A stretch of 64,000 bases of DNA from an uncultured bacterium (GCA_963732385.1 CAVSZB010000007.1:320001-384000); one strand, 5' to 3'; shown: positions 1 through 10,093, numbered from the stretch's first letter. The notes: generated from the letters alone by a model not told the origin. Numbers and translations: made by a program.

Positions 1-74
1 ACGCCGTGCCGCCCGGCCCGGCTGCGGAGCGGCTGCTGGCGCTGGCCGCGCGGCTCTGGAATCGGGATTGCTGA
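1..74 (+). CDS. 3' end of upstream gene, probably polyprenyl (farnesyl diphosphate) synthase IspA
   Basis: Frame 3 reads AVPPGPAAERLLALAARLWNRDC* (TGA 72-74). It resembles IspA C-termini and fits the common ispA-DUF212-dxs gene order. Confidence 0.45.
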   Translation, partial: AVPPGPAAERLLALAARLWNRDC

Positions 75-90
75 CGGCCGGGGGAACAGC

Positions 91-531
91 ATGCGGGAAT
101 GGCCGATCTGGGCGCTTGTCTTCGCGTGTGGCGTCTTCAATCAGGTGGTCAAGTTCGTGGCTGCCTCGCTGCTGGGCCGGCGTCTGATGCTGCACGCGCT
201 GACGGAAAGCGTCGGGCTGCCGAGTCTGCATGCCTCCGTGCTGTCCTGCTGCACCGTGCTGCTGGGGTTGCGCGCGGGGTGGGCCGCGCCCGAAACGTCG
301 CTGGCGCTGGTCTTCGCCGTGATCGTCATCCACGACACCGTGCGCTTCAAGGGCTCGGCCCAGGAGCAGAGAACAGTCCTCTATCGGCTCGTGCAGGCCC
401 TGCCGGAGGACGAACGGTTGCGGCGGCGGACGTCGTCGCTGTTGCAGGTCTGGGCCCATCGCCCGTTCCATGTTGCGGCGGGCGTCCTGTTCGGTCTACT
501 TTTCGCCCTGATATGCGGTCTGCCTGTCTGA
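91..531 (+). CDS. Divergent PAP2 family (DUF212) membrane protein
   Basis: GLPSLHAS (cf. GMPSSHS), HD..R and AHRPFHVAAG (cf. GHTP.EV.AG) motifs; hydrophobic helices; upstream of dxs. Confidence 0.8.
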   Translation: MREWPIWALVFACGVFNQVVKFVAASLLGRRLMLHALTESVGLPSLHASVLSCCTVLLGLRAGWAAPETSLALVFAVIVIHDTVRFKGSAQEQRTVLYRLVQALPEDERLRRRTSSLLQVWAHRPFHVAAGVLFGLLFALICGLPV

Positions 532-562
532 TTTCCCGCAGGCCCGGAGGAAGCACGACGCC

Positions 563-2473
563 ATGGACCCCATCCTGCCCCGGATCGACGGGCCTGCACC
601 GCTCGCGGCTCTGAGTCGCGGGGAACTCGAGCAACTCTGTGCGGAGTTGCGCGAGGAGATCATCACGACCGTTTCGTGCACGGGCGGGCACCTTGGCGCC
701 AGTCTGGGCGTCGTCGAACTGACCGTGGCGCTGCACCATGTCTTCCGTTCGCCGGAGGACAGGATCGTCTGGGATGTCGGCCACCAGGCCTACGGGCACA
801 AACTGCTCACCGGGCGTCGCGAAGCCTTTCACACCCTGCGCCGGAAGGGGGGGGTGAGCGGTTTCCCTCGCCGCTCCGAGAGCCCTCACGACGCCTTCGG
901 CGTGGGACATGCTTCCACCTCCATCAGCGCTGCGCTCGGCTACGCCAGGGCGCGCGACGCGCGCGGCGAGAAGCACCACGTGATCGCCGTCGTTGGCGAT
1001 GGCGCGCTGACCGGCGGGCTCGCCTACGAGGGACTCAACAACGCGGGGCAGCTCCAGACCGACGTACTCGTCGTCCTCAACGACAACGAGATGAGCATTT
1101 CTCCGAACGTGGGAGCGATCGCCAAACACCTGACGCGGATCACCTCCGGCCGGACCTATACGCGGCTCGAGGGGGGGATCTGGTCGCTGCTGGGCCGGGG
1201 ACCGTGGGGGCGCCGGCTGCAGATCCTGGCCGGACGCATCAAAGAGAGCCTGAAGCACCTGGTCGTTCCGACCATCCTCTTCGAAGAGCTCGGCTTCAAC
1301 TATTTCGGTCCGATCGACGGCCATGATCTGGGCCTGGTGATCGACACCCTCCGCGCGGTGCGCGAGCTCCACGGTCCGGTGTTGGTGCATCTCATCACAC
1401 GCAAGGGCAAAGGCTATGCCTTCGCCGAGCAGGACCAGCTCCGCTATCACGGCGTCGGCAGTTTCGACAAGGCCGAGGGGATCAAGAGCGCGCCGACGCC
1501 GGTACCGACCTACACCGAAGTATTCGGGCGGGCGCTCGTGGATCTGGCGCGCGCCGATCCGCGGGTGCATGCGATCACCGCGGCCATGCCTGAGGGGACC
1601 GGGCTCAACGCGTTCCGCAGCGAGTTCCCGGGCCGTTTCTACGACGTCGGCATCGCCGAGCAGCACGCCGTAACGTTCGCCGCCGGTCTTGCCTGCGCCG
1701 GACAGCGCCCGGTGGTGGCGGTCTACTCGACGTTTCTGCAGCGGGCCTTCGACCAGGTGATTCATGACGTGGCCCTGCAGGGACTGCCGGTGGTTTTCGC
1801 GATCGACCGGGGCGGGCTGGTCGGGGAGGATGGGCCCACCCACCATGGTGTGTTCGACATCTCCTATCTCCGGCTCATTCCCAACCTCGTGCTGATGGCG
1901 CCGAAGGACGAGAACGAACTGCGCCACATGCTGGCCACGGCGCTCGCCCGCGATGAGGGACCGACGGCGCTGCGCTATCCGCGCGGCGTTGGCCTGGGGG
2001 TGCCGCTCGCAGGGGCGCCGTCCGTGCTGCCGATCGGTCGCGCCGAGGTCCTCCGCGAAGGGGATGACGTCTGCCTGCTGGCGCTCGGCACGATGGTGCG
2101 GCCGGCCGTCGAGGCGGCACAGTGGCTGCAGCGCGCCGGCCTGTCCGCGACGGTGGTCAATTCCCGCTTTGTCAAGCCGCTCGACGAGGAACTGCTGGAA
2201 CGGCTGTGGGAGCGGCACAGGTTCGTCGTCACGGTGGAGGAGAACACGGTCTGCGGCGGGTTCGGATCGGCTGTGCTCGAGTGGGCGGCCGGTCGCCCGC
2301 TCGCATCGCCGGTGCGCGTGCTTACGCTCGGCGTGCCGGACCGTTTCATCGAGCAGGCGTCGCGCGAGGACCAGCTTGCCGAGGCCGGCCTGGTCGGCGA
2401 ACAGATCGGCGCACGCATTTTGCAGGAATTAACCAGCGCGGCCCCGCCGCGCCAGGCGCGGTCGGCATCCTGA
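563..2473 (+). CDS. dxs: 1-deoxy-D-xylulose-5-phosphate synthase
   Basis: GGHLGASLG, WDVGHQAY, GDGALTGG..EGLNN, GIAEQHAVTFAAG, DRGGLVGEDGPTHHG motifs. Confidence 0.98.
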   Translation: MDPILPRIDGPAPLAALSRGELEQLCAELREEIITTVSCTGGHLGASLGVVELTVALHHVFRSPEDRIVWDVGHQAYGHKLLTGRREAFHTLRRKGGVSGFPRRSESPHDAFGVGHASTSISAALGYARARDARGEKHHVIAVVGDGALTGGLAYEGLNNAGQLQTDVLVVLNDNEMSISPNVGAIAKHLTRITSGRTYTRLEGGIWSLLGRGPWGRRLQILAGRIKESLKHLVVPTILFEELGFNYFGPIDGHDLGLVIDTLRAVRELHGPVLVHLITRKGKGYAFAEQDQLRYHGVGSFDKAEGIKSAPTPVPTYTEVFGRALVDLARADPRVHAITAAMPEGTGLNAFRSEFPGRFYDVGIAEQHAVTFAAGLACAGQRPVVAVYSTFLQRAFDQVIHDVALQGLPVVFAIDRGGLVGEDGPTHHGVFDISYLRLIPNLVLMAPKDENELRHMLATALARDEGPTALRYPRGVGLGVPLAGAPSVLPIGRAEVLREGDDVCLLALGTMVRPAVEAAQWLQRAGLSATVVNSRFVKPLDEELLERLWERHRFVVTVEENTVCGGFGSAVLEWAAGRPLASPVRVLTLGVPDRFIEQASREDQLAEAGLVGEQIGARILQELTSAAPPRQARSAS

Positions 2474-2488
2474 CAACGCGGAGGCGGG

Positions 2489-3376
2489 ATGGGGATCCGG
2501 ACCCTCGGTCTGTTCGGCGGCTCGGGGCGGCCCCGCGGCGAGATCGCCGATGCGGTGGCGGTGATCATCGGGCGCTGCGCTGTAGCCGGCGTGCGTGTGA
2601 TCTGCGGCACGGAACTGGCGCAGGCCGTGTCCGACTCCGACCCGGGGCTGGCGGCCGCCGATCTGGTCCGCGAAGCTGACGTGGTGGTCGCGCTGGGCGG
2701 CGACGGGACGATGCTCCAGGCGGCCCGCGCAATCGGTGATTCGTGCCGACCGCTGCTCGGCATCAACCTCGGCTCGCTGGGCTATCTCACAGATGTGCCG
2801 CTGGACAACCTGCCCGAGGCGATCGACCGTCTCCTCCGCGGCGACTACTTTCTGAGCGAGCGGTACCGCGTCAGCGCCCAGGCTTGGCGGGGGAAAGACC
2901 GGCTCGCGGCCCTGTCGGCGCTCAACGACATCGTCGTGAACATGGGGCCCCGGCCGCGCGCGCTCGACATGGAGGTGCGCGTGGACGGCGCCTCGCTGAG
3001 CCGCTTCCTCGGCGACGGCCTCATCGTCAGCACGCCGACCGGCTCCACGGCCTACAATTTGGCGGCGGGTGGTCCGATCTGCCATCCCGCGGTGGCGGCA
3101 ATCCTGGTCACGCCGATCTGTCCGCACAGCCTCGGGATGCGGCCCCTGATCGTGCCGAACGAGAAGGACATCGAACTGGTGCTCCACGAGGTCGGCTCAC
3201 GGGCCACTCTCACGGCGGACGGACGGCACGCGGTGTCGCTGCAGGCCGGGGACCGGGTTGTCTACCGGCTGGCTGATGACTGGGTCCATCTCGTGAAGTT
3301 TGACCAGAGCAATTTCTTTGAAGTCATGCGGAGCAAACTCAACTACGGCGCCCCTTCCCGCCACGGCAAGAGCTGA
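2489..3376 (+). CDS. nadK: NAD(+) kinase
   Basis: GGDGTML, GINLGSLGYL, LND, DGLIVSTPTGSTAYNLAAGGP motifs. Confidence 0.97.
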   Translation: MGIRTLGLFGGSGRPRGEIADAVAVIIGRCAVAGVRVICGTELAQAVSDSDPGLAAADLVREADVVVALGGDGTMLQAARAIGDSCRPLLGINLGSLGYLTDVPLDNLPEAIDRLLRGDYFLSERYRVSAQAWRGKDRLAALSALNDIVVNMGPRPRALDMEVRVDGASLSRFLGDGLIVSTPTGSTAYNLAAGGPICHPAVAAILVTPICPHSLGMRPLIVPNEKDIELVLHEVGSRATLTADGRHAVSLQAGDRVVYRLADDWVHLVKFDQSNFFEVMRSKLNYGAPSRHGKS

Positions 3377-3377
3377 C

Positions 3378-5096
3378 ATGCTCAGTGAATTGCGCATCGG
3401 CCGGCTGGCCATCGTCGACGAACTTACGATTCCGTTCGGGCCCGGTCTGACGGTGCTGACGGGGGAGACCGGCGCCGGGAAGTCGCTCGTGGCTGGCGCG
3501 CTCGCCCTGCTGTGCGGCGGCCCTGTGCCCAAGGGGCTCATCCGCGAGGGGGAGGAGTGCGGCTGGGTCGAGGGTGTGTTCGATCTTGGCGAGGCGCCGG
3601 CGCAGCGCGAGGCGATGGCCCGGGCCGGCATTCGCGTGGGGGCCGACGGCGTGCTGGTCCTGCGTCGCGAATTGCGGCTGCTGGGGCGCAGCCGGGTGCT
3701 GATCAACGGCTTGATCTCCTCGGTCGCCCTGCTGGAACAGATCGGTCCCCGCCTGCTCACGATCCAGAGCCAGGATCAGCAGCGCGAGTTGGCGGATGCC
3801 TCGTTCGCGCGCGATCTCCTGGACGAGATGAGCGGCGCGGGGGCGTTGCGCGAGGAGGTCCGGGAGTCCTGGGGGGCGTTCCGCGCCGCGGAGTCGGTCC
3901 TGGCTGGCAGACGCAGCGAAGAAGCGCTGGCGGCGGGGCAACTCGACCTCTGGAGTTACCAGTTGCGGGAGCTGACGGAGGCTGCCCTGGAGGAGGGCGA
4001 AGAGGAGGCGCTGGCGGAGGAATTGATCGTCAAGCGGCACGCCGGAGCGCTCCAGGGTGGTTGCGAAGCGGCTCTCGAACGCCTTGACGGGGCCGAGTCG
4101 CCCGCGCGGGAAGACTTGGGAGCCGCCATTTCCGCGCTGCGTGCATTGAAGGGCAAGAGCCGGCGCGTGTCCGAGGCGCTGGGCGATCTCGAGGGGGCGG
4201 AGGACGCCCTGTCGGGGGCGGTGACTAAATTGCGTCACTTCCTCGATGCGCTCGAGCTCGATGCCGCCGGTCTCGATGAGATCGAGACCCGCAAGGCGCT
4301 GTACGAGGAGCTGCGTCGGAAATACCGCCGCGATACGTCCGGGCTGCTGCGGCTGCGGGACGAACTGCAGGAACGGGTTGCGCGTCAGGATACGGCCGAC
4401 CACGATCTGGCGCAGCTGGCCGCCGCGGTCGAGAACTGCCGCGGCCGGCTCTGCGCTGCCGTGACGCTTCTGCACGACCGACGCCTGCAGCAGGCGCCAG
4501 CCATCGCGCGGCGGGCGGTTGAACGGATCCGGCCACTCGCCCTGCCGGCGTTGGAACTCACTTTTGCCGTCAAGCCCCGCACCGCGACCGATGGGTCGAT
4601 CGAAGTGGAGGGCCGGCGCTGCGACGTGGGCCCGGACGGCGCCGACCGGGTCACGATGCTCGTGCGGACCAACCGGGGCGAACGCATGGGGGAGGCGGGC
4701 GCCATCGCCTCCGGCGGTGAGCGCTCCCGCATCCATCTCGGTCTGGTATCGCTGCGGCGGGGCGGTCCGGAGCCGGGCCTGCTGCTCTGCGACGAAATCG
4801 ACGCGGGGCTGGGGATGGACGCCGCGGGTCCCGTGGCGCAGCTCCTGCGCGAACTGGCGGCGACCGGGCCGGTTGTCTGCATCACGCATCTGCCGACGCT
4901 GGCCGTCTACGGCGATGTCCACCTCTGCGCGGCCAAGGTGGAGAGAGATGGCCGCACCGTCCTGACGATCACGGCACTCGAGGACGAGGCGCGGGTGATC
5001 GAGATCGCGCGCCTGCTCGGCGGCGAGGGGGCGGCCGCGGCCCCGGTGCGTCGTTCGTATGCGGAGGCGCTGCTGGCGCAGGCTGGCCGGGAGTGA
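3378..5096 (+). CDS. recN: DNA repair protein RecN
   Basis: Start ATG 3378 (MLSELRI); Walker A TGETGAGKS, coiled coil, SGGE signature, DEIDAG Walker B, CITHLP; follows nadK. Confidence 0.95.
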   Translation: MLSELRIGRLAIVDELTIPFGPGLTVLTGETGAGKSLVAGALALLCGGPVPKGLIREGEECGWVEGVFDLGEAPAQREAMARAGIRVGADGVLVLRRELRLLGRSRVLINGLISSVALLEQIGPRLLTIQSQDQQRELADASFARDLLDEMSGAGALREEVRESWGAFRAAESVLAGRRSEEALAAGQLDLWSYQLRELTEAALEEGEEEALAEELIVKRHAGALQGGCEAALERLDGAESPAREDLGAAISALRALKGKSRRVSEALGDLEGAEDALSGAVTKLRHFLDALELDAAGLDEIETRKALYEELRRKYRRDTSGLLRLRDELQERVARQDTADHDLAQLAAAVENCRGRLCAAVTLLHDRRLQQAPAIARRAVERIRPLALPALELTFAVKPRTATDGSIEVEGRRCDVGPDGADRVTMLVRTNRGERMGEAGAIASGGERSRIHLGLVSLRRGGPEPGLLLCDEIDAGLGMDAAGPVAQLLRELAATGPVVCITHLPTLAVYGDVHLCAAKVERDGRTVLTITALEDEARVIEIARLLGGEGAAAAPVRRSYAEALLAQAGRE

Positions 5097-5174
5097 GCGG
5101 AGGGGTGGCGTCAGGAGCGAATTGAAGGTTGATTTAGGTACCTGCGGCGACGATACTACCGTCGCGGTCCGGGT

Positions 5175-5251
5175 GCGCCCGTAGCTCAGCTGGATAGAGC
5201 ACCAGCCTCCGGAGCTGGGGGTCGGAGGTTCGAATCCTCTCGGGCGTACCA
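5175..5251 (+). tRNA. tRNA-Arg (anticodon CCG)
   Basis: Cloverleaf GCGCCCG...CGGGCGT-ACCA; anticodon arm CCAGC-CTCCGGA-GCTGG; TTCGAAT T-loop. Confidence 0.97.
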
Positions 5252-5288
5252 CCTCTTTCCCGCAATCGTTCCGTGACCAAGAATCGCC

Positions 5289-5672
5289 ATGCTGCTACCG
5301 AAACCCACTTCTGTGCGCCGGCCCCGGCTCGGCTTGCACTCCGGGATTCTGGATCGTGGGGGCGATCTGCCGTTGCGGCAGTACCGGCGTTGCCGTCAGG
5401 CCCTGTGGAGCGGCACGACCCAGGCGGTGGTCCTGGGGGCTTTGGCGATCTCCCTGATGCTGTTCGCGCGGAGTCTCCTGACCCTCTTCGCCAGCCATGG
5501 GTCGGGAGGCAATTCGTGGCATCCGTGGCTCGTTCTGGGCCTCCTTGCGGTCGTCATCCTGATAACCCTGCGGCGACTTTTTAACCGCCTGCGGGAATTA
5601 CGCGCCCTCCGGGTCGAACTGGCCGCGTTGAAAGCGCAGGTGCAGGGGGATCCCGGCGCTCCTGAGGCCTGA
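5289..5672 (+). CDS. Hypothetical membrane protein (2 TM helices plus C-terminal coiled coil)
   Basis: ORF fills the gap; two hydrophobic segments then LRELRALRVELAALKAQV; start uncertain. Confidence 0.55.
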   Translation: MLLPKPTSVRRPRLGLHSGILDRGGDLPLRQYRRCRQALWSGTTQAVVLGALAISLMLFARSLLTLFASHGSGGNSWHPWLVLGLLAVVILITLRRLFNRLRELRALRVELAALKAQVQGDPGAPEA

Positions 5673-5695
5673 TCCGGCCCCAGGAATCCCCCTTC

Positions 5696-5711
5696 TGGCA
5701 CCTTCCTTGCT
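5696..5711 (+). promoter_or_regulatory. sigma54 (-24/-12) promoter
   Basis: TGGCAC-CTTCC-TTGCT with exact GG-N10-GC spacing, ~40 bp upstream of the GGDEF gene. Confidence 0.75.
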
Positions 5712-5752
5712 CATTCGCGGGGGGCCAAACGCGCCAGGCACGGGGGATGTGC

Positions 5753-6796
5753 ATGTCCGACACGAAAAATGTCGACCTGCTTTTCGACACTTTCCTTGAA
5801 ATCTCGAGCCTGATGCGGGCCGGGGGCAACAAGGAAGCGATTCTGACCCAGACTCTGCGCTGCGCGCATCAACTGCTGGGCTCTTCGCTCATCCATCTGC
5901 TTATTCTGGAAAAAGATACGGTTGTCAGATACATCCTGGCGGAGGACCAGGGCGGCAAGGTCAGCATCACCATCGAAAGCCTCGAACAGCGGCCGGGGAT
6001 CGTGAACTGGATCGTGCACGAGCACACGGCTGCCCTCTGGGGATCGGAGGGTGGCAATTCGATCGTACCGATTCCGGCGGTCGGCTGGTTGCGGATTCCC
6101 CACGACAAGAGTCTGATCACCGCTCCCCTTAGCACACGGACCCGGCGACTCGGCATCATGATGGCCTTTCGGGAAAGCGGATGTTTCACGCGTGAGGACC
6201 TGAAACTGCTCAAGGTGCTGGCCGGCCAGGTGGCCGTGGCGGTCGAGAATGCGGAACTTTACAAGCAGATCGAAGAGCAGGCGATCACTGACGGGCTCAC
6301 GCGGGTCTTCAACTACCGGTACTTCATGGAGGTGCTCGGGCGCGAGATCGAGCGTGGAAAGCGTTTCCAGGAGGGACTCTGCCTGCTGATGCTCGATGTC
6401 GACAATCTCAAGACGTACAATGATGCTTTCGGGCATCTGGCCGGCAGCCGGTCCCTGAGCGAACTGGCGGACCTCCTGCGGCTGGCGGCGCGGAACGTCG
6501 ATATTCTGGCCAAGTACGGTGGCGACGAGTTCGCGATCATTTTGCCGCACACGGAGGCGGACGGCGCCGTCCAGTTCGCTCGCCGGGTGATCGAGGCGGT
6601 TGGCGCGCATGCCTTCGAGGGCGATCCCCGAAAGCGGTTGACCATCTCCATGGGCATTGCTACGTTCCCACAGTCCGCTCAGGACGGCACCAATCTGCTG
6701 AAAATGGCTGATAGGGCCCTCTATCAGGCCAAGCACAACGGGAAAAATCGCTACGCGGTCATCTATAGCCCAGCCGTTGATGTCGTCTACACGTAA
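5753..6796 (+). CDS. GAF-sensor diguanylate cyclase
   Basis: GAF domain (LKVLAGQVAVAVENA) then TDGLT..N, LDVDNLK.YND.FGH..G and an intact GGDEF motif; start at 5753 ATG or 5747 GTG. Confidence 0.93.
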   Translation: MSDTKNVDLLFDTFLEISSLMRAGGNKEAILTQTLRCAHQLLGSSLIHLLILEKDTVVRYILAEDQGGKVSITIESLEQRPGIVNWIVHEHTAALWGSEGGNSIVPIPAVGWLRIPHDKSLITAPLSTRTRRLGIMMAFRESGCFTREDLKLLKVLAGQVAVAVENAELYKQIEEQAITDGLTRVFNYRYFMEVLGREIERGKRFQEGLCLLMLDVDNLKTYNDAFGHLAGSRSLSELADLLRLAARNVDILAKYGGDEFAIILPHTEADGAVQFARRVIEAVGAHAFEGDPRKRLTISMGIATFPQSAQDGTNLLKMADRALYQAKHNGKNRYAVIYSPAVDVVYT

Positions 6797-6833
6797 GGGT
6801 GCTCCGGAGTGGGCACGTCGTGGAAAGGACCGC

Positions 6834-8129
6834 ATGGATACGCGCGCGAAATTCGAGAGCCGAGAATCGCATCTCGGGGTGATCGGGCTGGGCTACGTCG
6901 GTCTGCCCCTGGCCATCGGCTACGCCAAGGCCGGTTTCCGCGTCACCGGTTACGATCTGGTCGCCGAAAAAGTCGACACCCTGATGCGGGGCGACAGCTA
7001 CATCATCGATGTACCGGCGGCGGATGTGGCCGAGATGGTCAGGTCAGGCCGTTTCCGCGCCACCACCGATCCGGCCTTCCTGGCCGAAGTGGACAGCGTG
7101 AACATCTGCGTGCCGACCCCGCTGAGCAAGACGCGCGATCCGGACATCACGTACATCCAGAACGCGGTGGAGGCGATTGCGCCGCACATGCACCGGGGCA
7201 TGCTGATCATCCTCGAGAGCACGACTTACCCCGGCACGACCGAGGAGATCATCCTGCCGCGCCTGGCGGAATCGGGCCTGAAAGTGGGCGAGGACTTTTT
7301 CCTGGCGTTTTCGCCCGAGCGGGTCGATCCGGGCAATCCCCGGTTCAACACCATCAACATTCCCAAGGTCGTGGGCGGGATCACCCCGTACTGCACGCAG
7401 GCCGCGGTCGCGCTTTACAGCCAGGTGATGGAGCGGGTGGTGCCGGTCTCCTCGGCTCGTGTGGCGGAGACCGTGAAACTGCTGGAGAACACGTATCGCA
7501 GTGTCAATATCGGGTTGGTCAACGAAATCGCCATCATGTGCAAGTCGCTCGATATCGACGTGTGGGAGGTCATCAGGGCTGCCGCGACGAAGCCGTTCGG
7601 CTTCATGCCGTTCTATCCCGGACCAGGGTTGGGGGGGCATTGCATCCCCATCGATCCGTTCTATCTGGCCTGGAAGGCGAAGCTGGCCGGTTCGGAGGCG
7701 CGCTTCATCGAACTGGCGGGTCAGATCAACGGTGGCATGCCGCGCCATGTGGTCGGTCTCGTGGCCGAAGCGCTCAACCGTCAACGCAAACCGATCAACG
7801 GCAGCCGAGTGCTGGTGGTCGGCGTGGCGTACAAGCCGGACATCGACGACGTGCGGGAGTCGCCATCCCTCGATATCATGGAGTTGCTGCACAAGCAAGG
7901 GGCCGCGGTGCAGTGGTACGATCCCCTGGTGACGGGCCTCGAGGGGACGTTCGCCGGCCACAAGCTCGCCGTTTGGGACAAGGCCACGCTGGCGCGCTTC
8001 GACGCCGCGGTCATCGTGACCGCGCACAAGGCGGTGGAACACGACCTGCTGCTGCAGGCTGGCATCGCCGTCGTGGACACGCGCAACGCGCTGTCAGGTC
8101 ACGAGGCGCCGCAATTGGTCCGGATCTGA
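6834..8129 (+). CDS. Nucleotide sugar dehydrogenase (UDP-GlcNAc 6-dehydrogenase, WbpA/TviB-like)
   Basis: GLGYVGLP, CVPTP, ESTTYPGTT, FSPERVDPG, GGHCIPIDP, D.RESP; GGAAAGGA RBS before ATG 6834. Confidence 0.93.
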   Translation: MDTRAKFESRESHLGVIGLGYVGLPLAIGYAKAGFRVTGYDLVAEKVDTLMRGDSYIIDVPAADVAEMVRSGRFRATTDPAFLAEVDSVNICVPTPLSKTRDPDITYIQNAVEAIAPHMHRGMLIILESTTYPGTTEEIILPRLAESGLKVGEDFFLAFSPERVDPGNPRFNTINIPKVVGGITPYCTQAAVALYSQVMERVVPVSSARVAETVKLLENTYRSVNIGLVNEIAIMCKSLDIDVWEVIRAAATKPFGFMPFYPGPGLGGHCIPIDPFYLAWKAKLAGSEARFIELAGQINGGMPRHVVGLVAEALNRQRKPINGSRVLVVGVAYKPDIDDVRESPSLDIMELLHKQGAAVQWYDPLVTGLEGTFAGHKLAVWDKATLARFDAAVIVTAHKAVEHDLLLQAGIAVVDTRNALSGHEAPQLVRI

Positions 8130-8162
8130 CCAGCGGGCGCGCCGCGCGCGCCGGGGGGGACG

Positions 8163-9101
8163 ATGACACGAGTTCTGGTGACGGGCGGAGCCGGCTTCAT
8201 CGGTTCGCATCTGGTGGATGCTTTGGTCGAGCGGGGCGACGAGGTTGTCGTTCTCGACAACCTCTCCACGGGCAAGCTGACCAACCTCGCGGTGGTGCTT
8301 GACCGGCTCCGTTTTGTCGAGGCCTCCATCACGGACCTGTCGGCCGTGAAGGAGTGCTGCGCCGGCGTCGACACAGTGTTCCACCAGGCGGCGCTGGCCT
8401 CCGTGCCGCGCAGCGTCAACGATCCGATCGCCTCGAACGAGACGAACGTGACCGGCACGCTTAATGTGCTGTGGGCCGCGAAGGAGTGCGGAGTCCGGCG
8501 GGTAGTGTACGCCGCCAGCAGTTCGGCTTATGGCGACACGGAGGTGTTGCCGAAGCGCGAGGACATGCCGGCGGATCCGCTCTCGCCCTATGCGGTGAAC
8601 AAATATGTCGGCGAACTCTACTGTGCGGTGTTCGACCGACTTTACGGTCTTAGCACCGTCGGTCTGCGCTATTTCAACGTGTTCGGCCCGCGGCAGGATC
8701 CGCAGAGTCAGTATGCCGCGGTCGTGCCGATCTTCATCACCCGTCTGCTGGCCGGCGAGGCGCCGGTCATTTACGGTGACGGTGAGCAGTCGCGCGATTT
8801 CACCTACATCCGCAACGTGGTGGCCGCGAATCTGCTTGCGGCTGCGGCCCCGAAAACCGGCGGGCAGACCGTGAACATCGCCTGCGGGGACCGCATCAGT
8901 CTGAACGATCTCTTCGCCAGGCTGCGCGGCCTTGTGGGGAGCGAACTGTCGCCTGTTTACGGCCCCGCGCGCGCTGGAGACGTGAAGCACTCGCAGGCCG
9001 ACATCGCCGCGGCGGCGCGACTGATCGGCTTCCGGCCCGAGGTGGGGGTTGAGGAGGGGTTGCGGGAGACGGTGGCGTGGTACCGGGCGCAAGGCGTATG
9101 A
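8163..9101 (+). CDS. NAD-dependent epimerase (UDP-GlcNAc/GlcNAcA 4-epimerase, WbpP/TviC-like)
   Basis: TGGAGFIGSH, HQAALASVPRS, YAVNK (YxxxK), RYFNVFGPRQDP, GDGEQSRDF. Confidence 0.93.
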   Translation: MTRVLVTGGAGFIGSHLVDALVERGDEVVVLDNLSTGKLTNLAVVLDRLRFVEASITDLSAVKECCAGVDTVFHQAALASVPRSVNDPIASNETNVTGTLNVLWAAKECGVRRVVYAASSSAYGDTEVLPKREDMPADPLSPYAVNKYVGELYCAVFDRLYGLSTVGLRYFNVFGPRQDPQSQYAAVVPIFITRLLAGEAPVIYGDGEQSRDFTYIRNVVAANLLAAAAPKTGGQTVNIACGDRISLNDLFARLRGLVGSELSPVYGPARAGDVKHSQADIAAAARLIGFRPEVGVEEGLRETVAWYRAQGV

Positions 9102-9136
9102 GCGCGACGGGACGACCGGCGCGGGGAGGTCGCGAC

Positions 9137-10093
9137 ATGGGGAAGGAACGGACGCGGATGCACGGCCTCATGGTGGGGATCCTGGTCCTGGCCTGGCTGG
9201 GCGCGGGGACCACCCTGGCCCAGGATGTCTCCGGTTACCGGCTCGGCATCGGCGATCAGTTACAATTGAGCGTGCTCCAGCAGGCCGATCTGGACCGTGC
9301 GATCGTCGTGCGACCGGACGGTTCCGTCATCGTGCCGCTGGTGGGCGCGGTGCCGGTCGCGGGACTCACGATCAGCGACGCCGAGGAGTCGATCCGCCAG
9401 AAACTGCGCCTGTTCAACCGCGAAATCAGCGACGTGTCGCTCACCGTCACGCAGTTCAACGCCCTGCGGATCGCGGTGCTCGGCGCCGTGGCGAATGCGG
9501 GCGAATATACGTTCCAGAAACCTCCCGGATTGTGGGAGGCAGTGCGCGCCGCGGGCGGCGCTCTGGGCACCGCGAATCTCGCGGCCGTGCGCGTGGTTCG
9601 CGTGGAGGGCGGGCAGGTGCGCGCCCGGTTCTACGACATCTCCGCGATCATGACCGGCGAGGGCAGCGTCGATGCCTCAGTTCTGCAGGCCGGTGATTCG
9701 GTCGTGGTGCCGACGCTGGAGGAAACGGCGGCTTCCCCGACCGGCAACGCCGTGCAGGTCATTGGCGGCGTCGTCCGCCCGGGCAGCCTGCCGCTGAGCG
9801 AACCACTCCCGCTGGTGTCGGTTCTGCTGCTGGCGGGGGGGCCGGTCGAGGCCGGTGATCTGTCCAGCGTCTGGTGGGTCCATAGCGAGGCTGGTGGCCG
9901 CAATCGCGCGACTCGCGTTGACATGAACGCCTTTTTCAAGCGGGGCCGTGTCGTGGGGAACCCGCTCGTCCATCCGGGCGACACCGTCCGGGTGCCGTAC
10001 GCCGGGCAGGGTTTTTTCCGCAGCGTGTGGCCTATCCTGCTCAGCACGGCCACCGTTACCACCGCGGTGTTGCTGGGCACGAATCGCAACTGA
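9137..10093 (+). CDS. Polysaccharide export protein (Wza/Poly_export plus SLBB domains)
   Basis: Signal peptide; YRLGIGDQL, VRPDGSVIVPLVG, two SLBB repeats; GGAGGT RBS before ATG 9137. Confidence 0.88.
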   Translation: MGKERTRMHGLMVGILVLAWLGAGTTLAQDVSGYRLGIGDQLQLSVLQQADLDRAIVVRPDGSVIVPLVGAVPVAGLTISDAEESIRQKLRLFNREISDVSLTVTQFNALRIAVLGAVANAGEYTFQKPPGLWEAVRAAGGALGTANLAAVRVVRVEGGQVRARFYDISAIMTGEGSVDASVLQAGDSVVVPTLEETAASPTGNAVQVIGGVVRPGSLPLSEPLPLVSVLLLAGGPVEAGDLSSVWWVHSEAGGRNRATRVDMNAFFKRGRVVGNPLVHPGDTVRVPYAGQGFFRSVWPILLSTATVTTAVLLGTNRN

